Source: Chiloscyllium plagiosum (taxonomy: Eukaryota). From it: DNA of 50,790 nucleotides. The position numbers and the translations under genes are program-made. Under the pieces are notes generated by a model. The model was given only the letters and a program-made list of their open reading frames with translations. It searched no databases and was not told where the DNA came from. Positions 22,690 through 36,374 of this stretch are shown here, one piece after another; positions within the stretch are counted from its first letter, which is position 1; every line of letters begins with the position of its first letter. The DNA lies in assembly GCF_004010195.1 (NCBI RefSeq), contig NC_057718.1, positions 93,163,569 to 93,214,358 of the forward strand. Reading direction: 5' to 3'.

Positions 22690-23410
22690 AGGACTAATAG
22701 TGGGGCCCTGGGCAGTGCTTTCGAAATGAGAGACTTCCGGGTGCAGGTGCATAGTTCCTTGAAAGTGGTCTCACGGGTAGGAAGGATAGTGAAGAAGATG
22801 TTTGGACACTTGCCTTCATTGGCCAGAGCATTGAATAAAGGAATTCGGATATCATGTTGCAACTATACAAGACATTTACTGAGGCCACTTTTGGACAACT
22901 GCATATAATTCTGGTCACCCTGCTATAGGAAGGATGTTATTAAACTGGAAAGGGTGCAGAAAAGATTTATAAGGATCTTACCGAGACTGAGGGTTTAATG
23001 TCAAGGAGAGGCTGGATAGGCTGGGACTTGTTTCCCTGGAGTATAGGAGGTTGAAGAGGGATGTTCCAAAGGTTTATAAAATCATAAGGGGCATAGATAA
23101 GGTAAATTGCTCAGGTCATTTCCCACAGGATAGGGGAGTCCAAAACTACAGAGCATAGTTTTAAGGTGACAGAGGAAAGACTTAAAAGTGGCTTGAGGTG
23201 TAAATTTTTCACACAGAGAGTGGTGCATGTACACAATGAACTGCCAGAAGAAGTGGTGGAGACTGGTACAGTTTCAACATTTGAAAGACATTTGGACAGG
23301 TACATGAATACGAAAAGTTTAGAAGAATATGAGCCAAACACAGACAAACGGGACTAATTTAATTTAGGAAACCTGGTTGGCCTGAACAATTGGTCAGAAG
23401 GGTCTCATGT
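22690..23410 (+). mobile_element. CR1 LINE 3' part
   Basis: VQVHSSLKV.., LRCKFFTQRVVHVHNELPEEVVETGTVSTFERHLDRYM. Confidence 0.9.
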
Positions 23411-23427
23411 TATCATGCAATAAACCT

Positions 23428-24550
23428 GAGAGTCATAGAGTCAGAGAGTCCTACAGTATGGAGACACACCCTTTGGCCCAAACTGGTCCATGCTGACCAA
23501 AATGCCCATCCCCGCTAACCTATTTTTCTGCACTTGGCCCATATCCATCTAATCTGTCCCTATCCATGTATTTGTCCAAATGCTTTTTAAATTTTGTTAA
23601 CGTACCCGCCTCAACCACTTCCGGTGGCAGATCATTCCATGTGTACACCAGCCACTGTGTAAAAAAGTTGTCCCTCAGGTTCCCTTTTATTCTTTCCCCT
23701 CTATCCTGAAAGTGAAGCCCTTTAGTCTTTGATTCTCCAATGCTGGGAAAAGACTCAGTGCATTCATCCTATCCATGCCTCTCATGGTTTAATTCACCTC
23801 TATAAGGTCCCCCTTCAGTCTCTTACACTCTAAAGAAAAAAGTCCTAGCTTGTCCAACCTCTCAGACCATTGAGTCCAGGCAACATCCTTGTAAATTTCT
23901 TCTGCACACTTTCCAGTTTTACAACATCCTTCCTGTAGTAAGGTGACCAAACTGAACACAATACTCCAAGTGCAGCCTCACCAATGTCCTGTACAACTGC
24001 AACATAACTTCCCAACTTCTATACTCAATGCCCTGACTGATGAAGGCCAGTGTGCCAAAAGCCTTCTTCACTGCCATGTCTACCTGGGACTCCACTTTCA
24101 GAGAACTGTGAACCTGAACTTCAAGGTCCCTCTGTTCCACTACACTCCTTAAGGCCCTTCCATTCACTATGAAACTCTTACCTTGATTTGACTTTCCAAA
24201 ATGCAAGACCTCACACTTATCGATATTAAACTCCATTTGCCATTTCTCGGCCCACTTCCTCAGCTAATCAAGGTCCTGCTGCAATTTCTGATAACCTTCC
24301 TCACTGCCCACCATATCACTTATTTTGGAGTTATCAGCAAACTTACTAATCATGCCTTGTACATTCTAATCCAACTCAGTGATATAGATAACAAACAGTG
24401 AGGGTCCAGCACTGACCCAGGAGGCACTCAACAAGTCACAGGCCTCCAGTCCAACAAACATCCTTCCACTATTACTTTCTGCTTCCTACCATCAAGTCAA
24501 TTTTATAGCAAATTTGCCAAGTCGCCCTGGATTCCACGCAATCTAACCTT
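23428..24550 (-). mobile_element. CR1 LINE 3' part (RT C-terminal half)
   Basis: [33 protein letters not shown]; (gactctat)-type tail. Confidence 0.93.
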
Positions 24551-24639
24551 CTTGTTATCCAAGAATATTGCCTCTTCTATAGATACTCTATGATGGTATA
24601 TCCTTAACCATTAGTCAATTTGATTGGAAGAATAGAAAG

Positions 24640-25660
24640 GCAACTGTTGTCTAAATGGAGAGAAACTTCAGAATACTTTGATGCAGAGGGATTTCGGTGT
24701 CCTCATAAAAGCTAGCAGGTGCAGTGGGTAATAAGGAGGGAAAATGGAATTTTGGCATTTATTGGTAAAGGAATGGAATATAACATCAGGGAAGTATTGC
24801 TGCAACTGTACAGGGCATTAGTGAGACTGCACATGGAATATTTTTTCCAATTTTGTTTCACTTACTTGAGGAGGGATCTAGTGTTGTTGGAGGTAGTTCA
24901 GAGGATGTTCACTAGATTGATTCCAGAGATGAGCTGTTTGTCTTATGAAGAGAGATTGAGCAGGTTGGGCTTATACTCTCTGGAGTTTAGAAGAATGAGA
25001 GGAGATCTAATTGAGGTAAATAAGATGCTCAGGGGATTGACAAAGCAGACGTTGAATAGATGTGGGCGGCATGGTGGCAGAGTGGTTAGCACTGCTGCCT
25101 CACAGCGCCAGAGACCCGGCTTGAGTTCCCGCCTCAGGCAACTGACTGTGTGGAGTTTGCACGTTCTCCCCGTGTCTGCGTGGGTTTCCTCCGGGTGCTC
25201 CGGTTTCCTCCCACAGTCCAAAGATGTGCAGGGTCAGGTGAATTGGCCATACTAAATTGCCCGTAGTGTTAGGTAAGGGGTAAATGTGGGGGTATGGGTG
25301 GGTTTCGCTTCGGCGGGTCGGTGTGAACTTGTTGGGCCGAAGGGCCTGTTTCCATACTGTAATGTAATCTAATCTAATGTTTCCTCATGTGGGACAATTT
25401 AGAACAAGAGGTCATGGTTTTAGAGTAGCAGATTTAAACAGAGATGAGTAAAAATAACTTTTCTCAGGGCCATGAATCTGTGGAAATAGAGGGTAATGGT
25501 ACATTGAATGGGTTTAAGAAGGACAAAGACAGATATTTAAGTAGCAATGGGTTGAAGGATTATGGATAGTGGGCAGGAAAGTGGGGTTGAGGCCAAGATG
25601 AGATCATTCAAGATTGTATTAATTGGCGGAGCTGGCTCAAAGGGCTCAATTATCTATTTG
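24640..25660 (+). mobile_element. CR1 LINE 3' part interrupted by HE1
   Basis: ENGILAFIGKGMEY..LYRALVRLHMEY..RRMRGDLIEV. Confidence 0.9.
25064..25377 (+). mobile_element. HE1 SINE, young subfamily
   Basis: CpG-rich, full length, short tgt duplication, near identical to 47925-48264. Confidence 0.95.
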
Positions 25661-25869
25661 TGCATATGATATTAATCACTAGATAGGGCAAAGACAAAAC
25701 AAAGGAACAAAGAGGATGAAAGGCAGAGAACTCCCTCTAACAACCTTTACCCAGTACCACATACTGGCAGAAGTGGAAAATTCTAGAAAGTGCCAGCTGT
25801 GGTCATCTGGGAAAATACAGCACACAATTCTTTGTCAAAAGTCACATAAACAGATTTGAGTTCTCTGAT

Positions 25870-26425
25870 ACATTAATGAATTGGATGCAAGGCTAGAAGA
25901 CACTATAGCCAAATTTGCTGATGATGTTAAAATGGATGGGAAAGTAAGTTGCAATGAAGAAAAAAGAAGTTTGCAAATGGATATGGATAGGTTAGGCGAT
26001 TGGGCCAACGTTTGCCAGGTAGTGTTTAACGTGGATAAATGCGAGGTTATCCATTTTGGTTGGAAGAATCAAAACAAAATTGAAATTTCAAATGCTTTGG
26101 TGCAGTGGAATCTCTGTGTTGTGGTGCTTCAGTTGCAGAACGCTTGTCTACAGGTATAGCGGGTAACAAGGAGAGAAAGTAAAGTTTTAGCACCAATTAT
26201 GAACAGAATGGAGGATAAAAGCAGGAAAGTGTTGCTGCAACTGTACAAGGCATAGGTGAGACCATACCTGGAGTACTGTGTATATTTTTGATCCCCTTAC
26301 TTGATGTAATTACGTTGGAGGGAGCTCAGAAAAGGATTAATTCCAGAGATGAAAAGCTTGTCTTATAAGGACAGAATGGGCAGTTTAGGCTTGCATTCAT
26401 TTGAGTTTAGAAAAATGGGAGGATT
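25870..26425 (+). mobile_element. CR1 LINE RT fragment
   Basis: TIAKFADDVKM..FNVDKCEVIHFG. Confidence 0.88.
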
Positions 26426-27917
26426 TTTAAATTTTTCATTTTTTTCCCCAGCAATCGTGTTGTTCCAGCATGAAATTATCCAATGTTTACAACCTTTCTT
26501 TATTCCTGATTAGAGTATGGAGGCAGATATAATCCAAGCACCACTTCGCAAATGCCTGGAAATGATTTGGTTTGACCCTGGATGACATGAATCTATGTGA
26601 ATGTTAGCTCAGTTGCCCATGTGACTTGAGTGTAGCTCAAAACCTCCAAAAATGCAGGTTCACCTCTTGGTTTTGGGCTGAGGTGGATATGGATACTTGC
26701 CTAGTTGCCTTTCCCTCAGAGTGGAAGGGTTTGGCAACCACCTGTCAAAAATTGCTAAGTAAATGACACAGTGTTAAGCGTCCACAGTTAAGGAGCTGCT
26801 TCTGGGCACAGCACACATCACACGGAGTGTGAAGTCAAAGAATTAACCAAGGAGGACAGCCTGCTGCGAATGGTCCATTGAATTGGACAAAGAAAATCAA
26901 CAAATAAGTTGGGACTAGCTTCATATGACTGAAATGAGACTAGTGTATGATGCAAATCATTCACATTAATCCTGAAAGAATTCTATGTTGATTTTCAAGT
27001 CTGCTCCCTCAGGAATGCATATGGCTCACAGCTCTTTGCTTCACAGCAGTAATCCCTTTTAGAATAAAGATATTTATGATTTCCTCGCAGAAGTAGTACC
27101 AAAAGGGGTCAATTATACAGATACGAAACATTTGGGAAAACTGCTGGTTCAAGGCTTTGAAGTTCAAGTTTGTCATTTTATTGCAAACAATCAGCTGTAA
27201 AACTGGGGAGGAGTTTCTTATCTTGTGCAAATGGTCAGACGAAAGGGGAGCCCCATACTGTTTCAACCACAGTGTGACTGATGGTTTTATCTTAACAGGC
27301 ATATCAATATCCTCCAGTTAAAACATCATGCCAGCCGAAAAGCACAAGGCAGGCAAAGTTCTGAATTGCATTTTACGGATCAAAATATGTCTCAATGGCA
27401 CCACTCTTCTTTTCTGTCGAATTATTTGACAAATGCTTTGTATTTTTGCGCTCTATGGAGCATCTGCATTGAGTGAATGGCCACATGTTTGCTCCAATCT
27501 GCCTTAATAAGTCAGACAACCTAATGTTTCGAGAACACAAGTTTGAAGTTACATCAAGGATTAGTAATACTATTTTTCTTGGGCATTATTACTTTTTTTC
27601 AGATGAGAAAATCTCATTATTCACAATTACAATGAAAAAAAACACAAGTATAAAAGTTCAAGGACTAGTCTATAACTGGACTGAGATCTTCAATGCAGTC
27701 CCTGAGTCTAGCTGACCATTTCAAAGGTTTCACTGTGCATTTGTACATTGTCCCTGAATCTCGCATACAGTTAGAAATGAGTGGAATTATTGAATAGCTA
27801 CAATACAGCCAGTGGCCATTTGACCAATCAGTCACTGCCAACTGTCTGCAACAATAGTTTAGCCAATCTCATTTCCTGAGTCTTTCGTTGTAGCTCTCCA
27901 AATTCTTTCTTTCTTAC

Positions 27918-30215
27918 ATTGAACATAGAACATAGAGCATTACAGCGCTGTATGCCTTCTTAAAAACCCTATCAACTTGGGTGACAATTTTTAAGGATCT
28001 ATGTACATGGGCACTGAGATCTCTCTGCTCATCTACTATGCCAAGAATCTTACCATTAGCCCAATACTCTGTATTCCTGTTGCTCCTTCCAAATTGAATC
28101 ACCTCACACTTTTCCACATTAAACTCCATTTGCCACCTCTCAGCCCAGCTCTGCAGCTCATCCATGTCCCTATGTAACCTGCAACTTCCTTTGACACTAT
28201 CCACAACTTCCGCAAATTTACTAACCGCTCCTCCTACACCCTCATCCAGGCCATATATAAAAATGACAAACAGATCTTTTCGCTACACCACTAGTAACTG
28301 AACTCTGGGATGAGCATTTTCCATCAACCACCACCCTCTATTTTCTTTCAGCTAGCCAATTTCTGATCCAAACCGCTAAGTCACCCTCAATCCTATGTCC
28401 CCATATTTTGTGCAATAGCCTACCATGGGGAACTTAATCAAATGCTTTATTGACATCCATATACACACATCAACCACTTCACCCTCATCCACCTGTTTGG
28501 TCACCTTCTCAAAGAACTCAATAAAGTTCGTGAGGCATGACCTACCCCTCACAAAACTGTGTTGACTATCCCTAATCAATTTATTCCTTTCTAGATAATT
28601 ATAAATCTTATCTCTTATAACCTCTTTGTAATATTTTACCCACAACTGAAGTAAGGCTCAATGGTCTTTAATTACCAGAGTTGTCTCTGTTCCCCTTCTT
28701 GGACAAGGGGACAATATTTGTTATCCTCCAGTTTTCTGCCACTATTCCTATAGACAATGATGACATAAAAATCAAAGCCAAAGGCTCTGCAATCTCTTCT
28801 CTGGCTTCCCAGAGAATCCTTGGATAAATCCCATCTGGCCCAGGGGACTTACCTATTTTCACACTCTCCAGAATTGCTAACACCTCCTCCTTGTGAACCT
28901 CAATCCCGTCTCGTCTAGTAACCTGTATCTCAGTATTCTCCTCGACAACATTATCTTTTTCGAGTGTGAATATTGATGAAAAATATTCATTAATGCTTCT
29001 CCTATCTCCTCGGACTCCATGCACAACTTCCTACTACTATCCTCTATTGGCCCTAATCTCACTTTTATTCCTGATATACCTATAGAAAGCTTTAGGATTT
29101 TGCTTGATGCTATCTACCAATGACTTCTCATTTCCCCTCCTGGCTTTTCTTAGTTCTCTCTTTAGGCCTTTTCTGGCTAACTTGTAGCTCTTAAGTGCCT
29201 TAAATGACCCTTCACATCTCATATTTACATAAGCCTTCTTCTTCCTCTTGACAAGAGATTCAACTTCTTTAGTAAACCATGGCTCCTTCGCTTGACCACT
29301 TCCTCCCTGCCTGACAGGTACTTACTTATCATGGACACGTGGTATCTGTTCTTTGAACAAGTTCCATATTTCAATTGTGCCCATCCCCTGTAGTTTCCTT
29401 CTCTGTCCCATGTATCCTAACTATTGCCTAAGCATATCATAATTATCTTTTCCCCAGCTGTAGCTCTTGCCCTCTGTTGTATACCTATCCCTTTCCATCA
29501 CGAAAGTAAACATAACTGAATTATGGTCACTATCACCAAAGTTCTCTCTTACCTCCAAATCTAACACCTGGTCAGGTTCATTCCCCAGTACCAAATCTAA
29601 TATGGCCTTGCCCCTTGTTGGCCTGTCTACATACTGTGTCGGGAAACCCTCCTGCAGACATTAGACAAAAATTGACCCATCTAACTGACTGAAACTATAG
29701 TATTTTCAGTCAATATTTTGAAACTTAAAGTCCCGTATAACAACTATCCAGTTACTTTCGCTCCTATCCAGAATTATTCTTTGCTATCCTTTTCTTGACA
29801 TCTCTGGAACTATTTGGAGTTCTCCTTTCCTGTTTCTAATCTCTGCACAAAAAACCACAGTAGATGAGTCCTCAAGCATTCTTTCTGCCACTGTAATACT
29901 GTCCTTGACTAACAACGTCACACCTCCCCTCTTTTACCATCTCCCCAGTTCTTACTGAAACATCTGAATCCCAAAACCTGCTACAACCAATCCTGTCCCT
30001 CCTCTACTCATGTTTCCGAAATGGCCACAACATCAAAGTCCCAGGTGCAACTTCACCCACCTTATCCCGGATGCTTCTGGTGTTGAAATAGACACACTTC
30101 AAACCACCTTCCTGCTTGCCAGTGAACTCTTGCAACCTTGAAGCCTTTTTCTGACCTCACTACTCTTAACCTCCTGGATACTGGAACTGCAATTTAGGTT
30201 CCCACCCCTCTGCTG
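27918..30215 (-). mobile_element. Long CR1 LINE remnant (endonuclease, linker, RT) with internal deletions
   Basis: KSPGPDGIYPRILWEAREEIAEPL..WRITNIVPL.KKG; SQHSFVRGRSCLTNFIEFFE; WAERWQMEFNVEKC; SDH and LDLVL endonuclease motifs at 29500-29600. Confidence 0.93.
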
Positions 30216-30229
30216 AATTAGTTTCTTGC

Positions 30230-30640
30230 CAATCCAATTCCCCTTTGATTAAACCTATGCCAATAACACTCACAGGCAATGCATTACAGTTTATAACCAC
30301 TCCCTGCATTACAAAGTTTTTGCCATTGATAGTTTCACCAATCATCTTTACTCTGTATCTGCTGGTGCTTGAAGCTTCTCCCAGTGGGGACAGTTTCACT
30401 CTGTCCATTCTGTTTTGACCTCTTGTAATTTTGAATGCTTCCAACAAATCTTCACTCAACATGTTTTATACTAACGTGACCTGTCCTGGCTTCTGCAATC
30501 TATCTGAAGTTCCTCATTCCTGAAGCTCACCTTGTAAATTTTTCCTACCCCCTCTCCAATGCCGTCGCATCCCTCCTGAAGGGCAAAGCCTCATTTTGAT
30601 GAGGCTGCTCCTTTAACAAGATTATGTCATCCTTAGTTCA
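30230..30640 (-). mobile_element. Old CR1-group 3' fragment
   Basis: DLLEAFKITRG..FVMQGVVINCNALP. Confidence 0.7.
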
Positions 30641-31223
30641 TGTCTCAGAGAGGTCGTAAACGACACAGACTCTGAAAAGTCTAAGTTGAAGTGTTTTAGG
30701 GCCAGTATGATTATAGCTAACCGATACTGCCTCAGGAAATAGGCTTTCAAGCTTTGAAAAAAAAACACATTGGTACAATGGAAGGGGAGTGGCCAGTGCA
30801 CCCAGCTCAGCTTCTCTCTGGTTTGGTTTTAACAGCAGTAGAGTTGAAAAAGCTGCTGGAATCAAAGAAGCAGGACCATGCTGACCTTCCCTCTCTCTGA
30901 CATCTCTCCTGTAAGACCCTGAGTTTGATTTTACCTTTTGTGCCAAAGTGTGCTTTTGTGTAGAATTGCAAGTATTTGGAACATCATCATTAAGTTGGTA
31001 TAATCTGTTGGGTTTTTGGATAGGTTAAGTTATTATGTTCTCTTTTGCTTGTGTTTCATTCGGTAATCTTATAAATAAATTCTGTTTTGTTTAAAACTAA
31101 GTGATTGGGCCAGCAGCATCTCTCCTGGAATATCCACTCTACACCTGCTTAAAGCAACTAGCAAAGTTAGGGTCAGGGCTACTTTCTTGAATGTTTTGAG
31201 GGGTTCTGGCCTGTTCCATAACA
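30641..31223 (+). mobile_element. LTR-like segment (5' end uncertain)
   Basis: AATAAA near 31074, ends ggcctgttccataaCA, interrupts a CR1 remnant. Confidence 0.55.
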
Positions 31224-31469
31224 TTAGCAATGGATATAAGATTCCAGTTTAGGCCAAACCAGTGTTCATCATAACTTCCTTGCTTTTTGTACTCTATATG
31301 TCAAATCTGGAGACAGTTGTTCACCACTAGATATTCAATTAAAAAGAAGCTAACATTTGAAAGCAGAAGCTGTTTGTAATGGACAATTTTCAAATATTAA
31401 CCTTCCAGCACTCAACAGGATATGAAAATCTGACATGAGCACTCTGAATGACTTTTCAATATGCGAATT

Positions 31470-31785
31470 GAGATGCAGAGAGACAGAGAGTGGGGATGAA
31501 GGGTTATTTTTTGAACTGGAGGCCTGTGACCACTGATGTTCAACAGGAATCGGTGCTGGATCTACTTTTGTTTGTCATTTAAATAAATAGCTTAGATGAG
31601 AACCTAGAAAGCATAGTTAGTAAGTTTATGGATAACACCAACATTGGTGGTATGGTGGACGGTGAGGGACATTATCTAAGATTACAAAGAGATCTTGATC
31701 TGTTTGGTCAATGGGTTGAGGAGTGGCAGATGGAGTTTAGTTTGGATAAATGCGAGGGTCCGTTTCTGTGCTGAATGACTCTATG
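31470..31785 (+). mobile_element. CR1 RT fragment fused to 3' end
   Basis: WRPVTTDVQQESVL, WQMEFSLDKC, then tccgtttctgtgctgaatgactctatg. Confidence 0.82.
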
Positions 31786-32156
31786 CAACTAACAAAGCGA
31801 TAAACCATACAACAGGCATGCAGCTGCAAAGTATGGAGTTATAAATATAAATAGAGATTTGGAGCTGCTGCATATGAATACATCCCAATATTTTTTTGTG
31901 AATCCCAGAGTAATATTTGTGATGACACGATAAAGCCAAGATTATCACCATTGAGGTTACCTTAATGGTCTATTCATGGAATTGTTACAACTTGGAAGAA
32001 GGTATGATTTTGAAGAGGGGCTTTTGTGACAATCTTAAGTGTGGGTGTGATTTTTGTTTGGAAACTGTTTTACCTGTTGTCATAGCAACTGAAGTGAGCA
32101 AGAGAAGGTAGTAGCAGTTGACAGTCCCAGCACCAAACAGCCTAGAGTATAATAGT

Positions 32157-32363
32157 AGCTGAAAATGTGTTGCTGGAAAAGCGCAGCAGGTCAGGCAGCA
32201 TTCAAGGAACAGGAGAATTGATGTTTCGGGCATAAGGCCTTCTTCAGACCTATGCCCGAAACGTCGATTCTCCTGCTCCTTGGATGTTGCCTGACCTGCT
32301 GCGCTTTTCCAGCAACACATTTTCAGCTCTGATCTCCAGCATCTGCAGCCCTCACTTTCTCCT
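32157..32363 (+). mobile_element. Penelope-like fold-back element, family A
   Basis: Arms ~32157-32235 / 32251-32329, tail, 17-bp direct repeat cctagagtataatagta (32141-32157, 32361-32377). Confidence 0.9.
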
Positions 32364-32483
32364 AGAGTATAATAGTATTTTGGCTCATGGAGGGGACCAT
32401 GGTATTGACATTTGAAAGTGTCGATTTAACTTAAAAGGGAGAAGGGTTTTTCCTGAGAAGGGACAAGGATGGAAAGCTGCTGG

Positions 32484-32660
32484 TAAAAACAATGACTGCA
32501 GATGCTGGAAACCAGATTCTGGATCAGTGGTGCTGGAAGAGCACAGCAATTCAGGCAGCATCCGAGGACAGGCAAAATCGACGTTTCGGGCAAAAGCCCT
32601 GATGAAGGGCTTTTGCCAGAAACGTCGATTTTGCCTGTCCTCGGATGCTGCCTGAATTGC
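32484..32660 (-). mobile_element. Penelope-like fold-back element, subfamily B
   Basis: Tail taaaaacaatgactgcagatgctgg, arms meeting at aagcc/ctgatgaagggcttttgcc, 14-bp TSD tggaaagctgctgg (32470-32483, 32661-32674). Confidence 0.88.
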
Positions 32661-32674
32661 TGGAAAGCTGCTGG

Positions 32675-32905
32675 CCAGGCCCATCCCTAATTGCCCAGAG
32701 GGCAGTTAAGAGTCAACCATTTTTACTATGGGTCTGGAGTCACAGGTAGACAAGAGCAGGTAAGGATGATAGATTCTCTCCACTAAAGGCCATATTGAAC
32801 CAGATAGTTTTCCCTGACAAAGAACTTCGTTACACCCATGAATTACACACTTAATTCTAGGTTTTATAAAATTATCCAGCTCACATTCCATGGTGGGATT
32901 CAAAC
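32675..32905 (-). mobile_element. Second tRNA-SINE family fragment
   Basis: gggtctggagtcacaggtag..ccatggtgggattcaaacc. Confidence 0.7.
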
Positions 32906-33478
32906 CTATGCCCTCTAGTTCTGGACTCCCCGACCCCAGGGAAGAGACTTTGTCTATTTATCCTATTCATGCTCCTCATGATTTTATGAACCTCTATAAG
33001 GTCACCCCTCAGCCTCTGATGCTCTAGAAAAAACAGGCCTAGCCTAATTCAACCTCTCCCTATAGCTCGAATTCTCCAACCCTGGCAACATCTTTGTAAA
33101 TCTTTTCTGAACCCTTTCAAGTTTCACAATATCCTTCCAATAGGAAAGTGACCAGAATTGCATGCAATATTCCAAAAGTGGCTTAACCAATGTCCTGTAC
33201 AGCCGCAACATGACTTGGCCCATCTGGTCAAGATCCTGTTGTAATCTGAGGTAACCTTCTTCGCTGTCCACTACACCTCCAATTTTGATGTCATCTGTGA
33301 ACTTACTAACTATACCTCTTGTGCATACATCCAAATCATTTATATAAATGACAGAAAGTAGTGGACCCAGCACCGATCCATGTGGCACTCCACTGGTCAC
33401 AGGCCTCCAATCTGAAAAACAATCCTCCATCACCACCCTCTGTCTTCTACCTTTGAGTGAGTTCTGTATCCAAATGGA
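32906..33478 (-). mobile_element. CR1 LINE RT fragment
   Basis: SDWRPVTSGVPHGSVLGPLL..YINDLD..SKFTDD. Confidence 0.93.
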
Positions 33479-34661
33479 ATTGGTCCATAGATCAAATATT
33501 CTGGATAATCATGAGGTCCATGAAATCAATGTAAAACATGCACTGAAGAATAGAAATATAATGCAGGGAATGTACACATCACTTATAGTTTATTTATTTT
33601 ATACAGCATAAAATCATTGAAATAATTATTAAACCTTGCATTAAATAAAACTAAGAGAACAAAAAAAGAACAATACAGCATATTCAATGCCCCTTCCAAT
33701 GTAGGCAAACATGCCGTAAGCATTTTTTACTACCTGTGCTGCCACCTCCAGTGAGCTGTGGACCTGCACACCCAGATCCCTCTGCATATCAATATTCCTT
33801 AGGGTTCAGCCATTCACTGCATAATTTCCATCTGTACTTGACCTTCCATGATAATGGCAGAGAACTTTCTCACTCGCACCCTAAACTGATTACTCGGTCA
33901 TCGTGGTAGATCATAGAATTTGAGGAGAAATTGAATAAATGGTTGATATTTCATGTGGCCAATGTAGTGAACAACAAGTGTATATACACTGAGTTAGAAA
34001 ACTAAACTACTATAATAACTGGACAGAATAATGCAATAAACTTTGCGGGATTTGAGCTCGATAATGTTTGCTTCTTAAAGGAAGTGCCGATTCACCGGGT
34101 GCTGGTTAAAATAAAATTTGCTGCACTTGTTTTCTCAGCTCAGCTACTGAAGATAATGCAAAGTGTGGTCACACAAACCAGAACAGCATGCAGGAGCTAG
34201 ACACTCAACATTTTGCCAAAGTGTGATCATGTACTTGCTCTGCAACTCAGAAATGGAGACTGATTTTCAGTGCCCAATCCACGAAAGGAAACTTATGGCG
34301 ATGCACTGGAATTTTTTGGGTGCACCGAGCAACACTGCCAGTGAATCTGTACAGGATAAATGTGAGATCAGGGAGGTATCCAATTCTAACTTGTGTCAAT
34401 GCGATGGGGCTGCTGGTGACAGAGTGGCAGCTCTCAGAGGGTTGCTGAGGCACAGTCTGTGAACCATGGCACTGGCTCTTTGCACTGGGCTGCTGTGTCT
34501 TTGGAGTGGCAGCTGGCATTACCCTCAGCTCGGTCAGCCAGGCCACAATGCTGCCTTCGAAGCCACAGTGCTCTGGAGTGCTCAAACCTGCAATCTTTTC
34601 AGTGGAAATGTAGCAGCCTCCAACCAATGTATCCTGTAACCTCTGGTGCTCCTTTACTGAA

Positions 34662-34959
34662 TTATGGAATCCCCGCAGTGTGGAAACAGGCCCTTTGGCC
34701 CAACAAGTCCACACTGACTCTCCGAAGTATAACCCACCCAGACTCATTCCCCTCCCCTATTATCGTATATTTACCCCTGACCAGTGCACCTAACCTTCGC
34801 AGCCCTGAACACTATGGGCAATTTAGCATGGCCTATCCACCATCTTTAGATTGTGGGAGGAAACCAGAGCACATGAAGGCAACCCACACAGACACGGGGA
34901 GAATGTGTAAACTTGACACAGACAGTCACCCGAGGGTGGAATCGAACCCAGGCACCCTG
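34662..34959 (-). mobile_element. HE1 SINE, 5' truncated
   Basis: B box, core and tail on minus strand. Confidence 0.88.
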
Positions 34960-35089
34960 ACTGGTGATTGATCGCGGCATTGACATCCAGTTCCAGAAGC
35001 CCCTGCTCTAAGGGGCAGCCTGAAAGAAAATTAGAAGGAATGCTGATACAACCTGTCCAAACTGTACAACTATAATGAATAAGAAATGC

Positions 35090-36240
35090 AGACAATGATA
35101 TGGGTAGGGTATGTGGGTGGGCAAATATGTGGCATATGGAGTGTAATGTGGAAAATATGAAATTGTCTATTTTGGGTAAAGAAGCACATTATTTAAATGG
35201 TGAGAGATTACAGAATGCAGAGTGATCAGGCTGTACTTGTGCATGAAAGTTTGTGTGCTCCTACAGCAAGTAATTAAGGAAGCTGATTGAGTGTTATAAT
35301 TTATTGGAGGAGAAAGTGAGGTCTGCAGATGCTGGAGATCAGAGCTGAAAATGTGTTGCTGGAAAAGCGCAGCAGGTCAGGCAGCATCCAGGGAACAGGA
35401 GAATCGATGTTTCGGGCATAAGCCCTTCTTAGGGCTTATGCCCGAAACGTCGATTCTCCTGTTCCCTGGATGCTGCCTGACCTGCTGCGCTTTTCCAGCA
35501 ATACATTTTCAGCTCTGTTATAATTTATTGTGGGGTATGGGGAAACAGATGAATGCAGAAGTAGGAAGGTTATGCCTCAGTGCCCTAAGGACTCAAGTGA
35601 GATCAAACTGAATTACTGTGTCCACTATGAGTCTCTTTATATAAGGAAAGATTTAAACGCATGACAGCCAGTTTAGAGATGTCTTACCAGGCTGATACCT
35701 GGAATAGAGGTGGGGGAGCATGGTGGGGGAAGAGTGCTGTCGCATGAGGAAAGGTTGGGCAGGCTAGGCTTGTACGTGCTGGAGATTGGAAGAGGAGACT
35801 TGATTGAAAGTTGTGTGATCATGAGGGGTCTTGACAGATTAGATCTGGAAAGGATGTTTCATTTAATGATAGAGTCTAGAATTAGGGGCATTTTCTTGAA
35901 CTAACCTTTTTTCCTAATCAACCTGTTCAGAGAAGTTATTACTCATGTTTGGAGCAGCCAGGGGACTTGAACACCGGCCTCCCAGTCCAAGGAAAGGGAC
36001 ACTACCACTGTGCCGCAACCCTATTTCAAAATCTGGGATCACCAGTCTTGGGGTGAAATTCTTTGTCTCAGAGGATCAGGGGTCTTTCAGAAAAGGTGGT
36101 GAGAGCAGAATACTTGAATATTTTCAAGGACAGAGGCAAATAGTTTCTTGTCAAGCAATTGGTGAAAGGTTATCAGGGATAGGCAGCAATCAGGTTACAA
36201 TCAAGGCAGCTATGATTTTGCTGAATGATGGACCCCTTTC
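35090..36240 (+). mobile_element. Decayed CR1 LINE 3' part
   Basis: LSHEERLGRLGLYVLE..RGDLIE. Confidence 0.78.
35307..35515 (-). mobile_element. Penelope-like fold-back element, family A
   Basis: Tail gaggagaaagtgaggtctgcagatgctggagatca, near-perfect arms with 3-4 nt loop at ~35429, 15-bp TSD tgttataatttattg (35292-35306, 35516-35530). Confidence 0.92.
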
Positions 36241-36374
36241 TGTTAGTTCCTCTGCTTGTTTGTGATAACAACTGCCGAAATATGGATTATAATTAATCTG
36301 TTAAGTATATACACACAGACAGAAATGAATTGCATTATTTTTCTGGATGGGGACAGCAAGGTGATGGTGTAAAG

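Noticed and set aside
27009..27302. 97-aa ORF in unique sequence
   Set aside because: No recognisable domain or convincing splice context
35307..35515. Palindromes as MITEs or pre-miRNAs
   Set aside because: One-sided tail, variable fold-back point, variable 11-17 bp TSDs and hammerhead cores fit Penelope-like retrotransposition better
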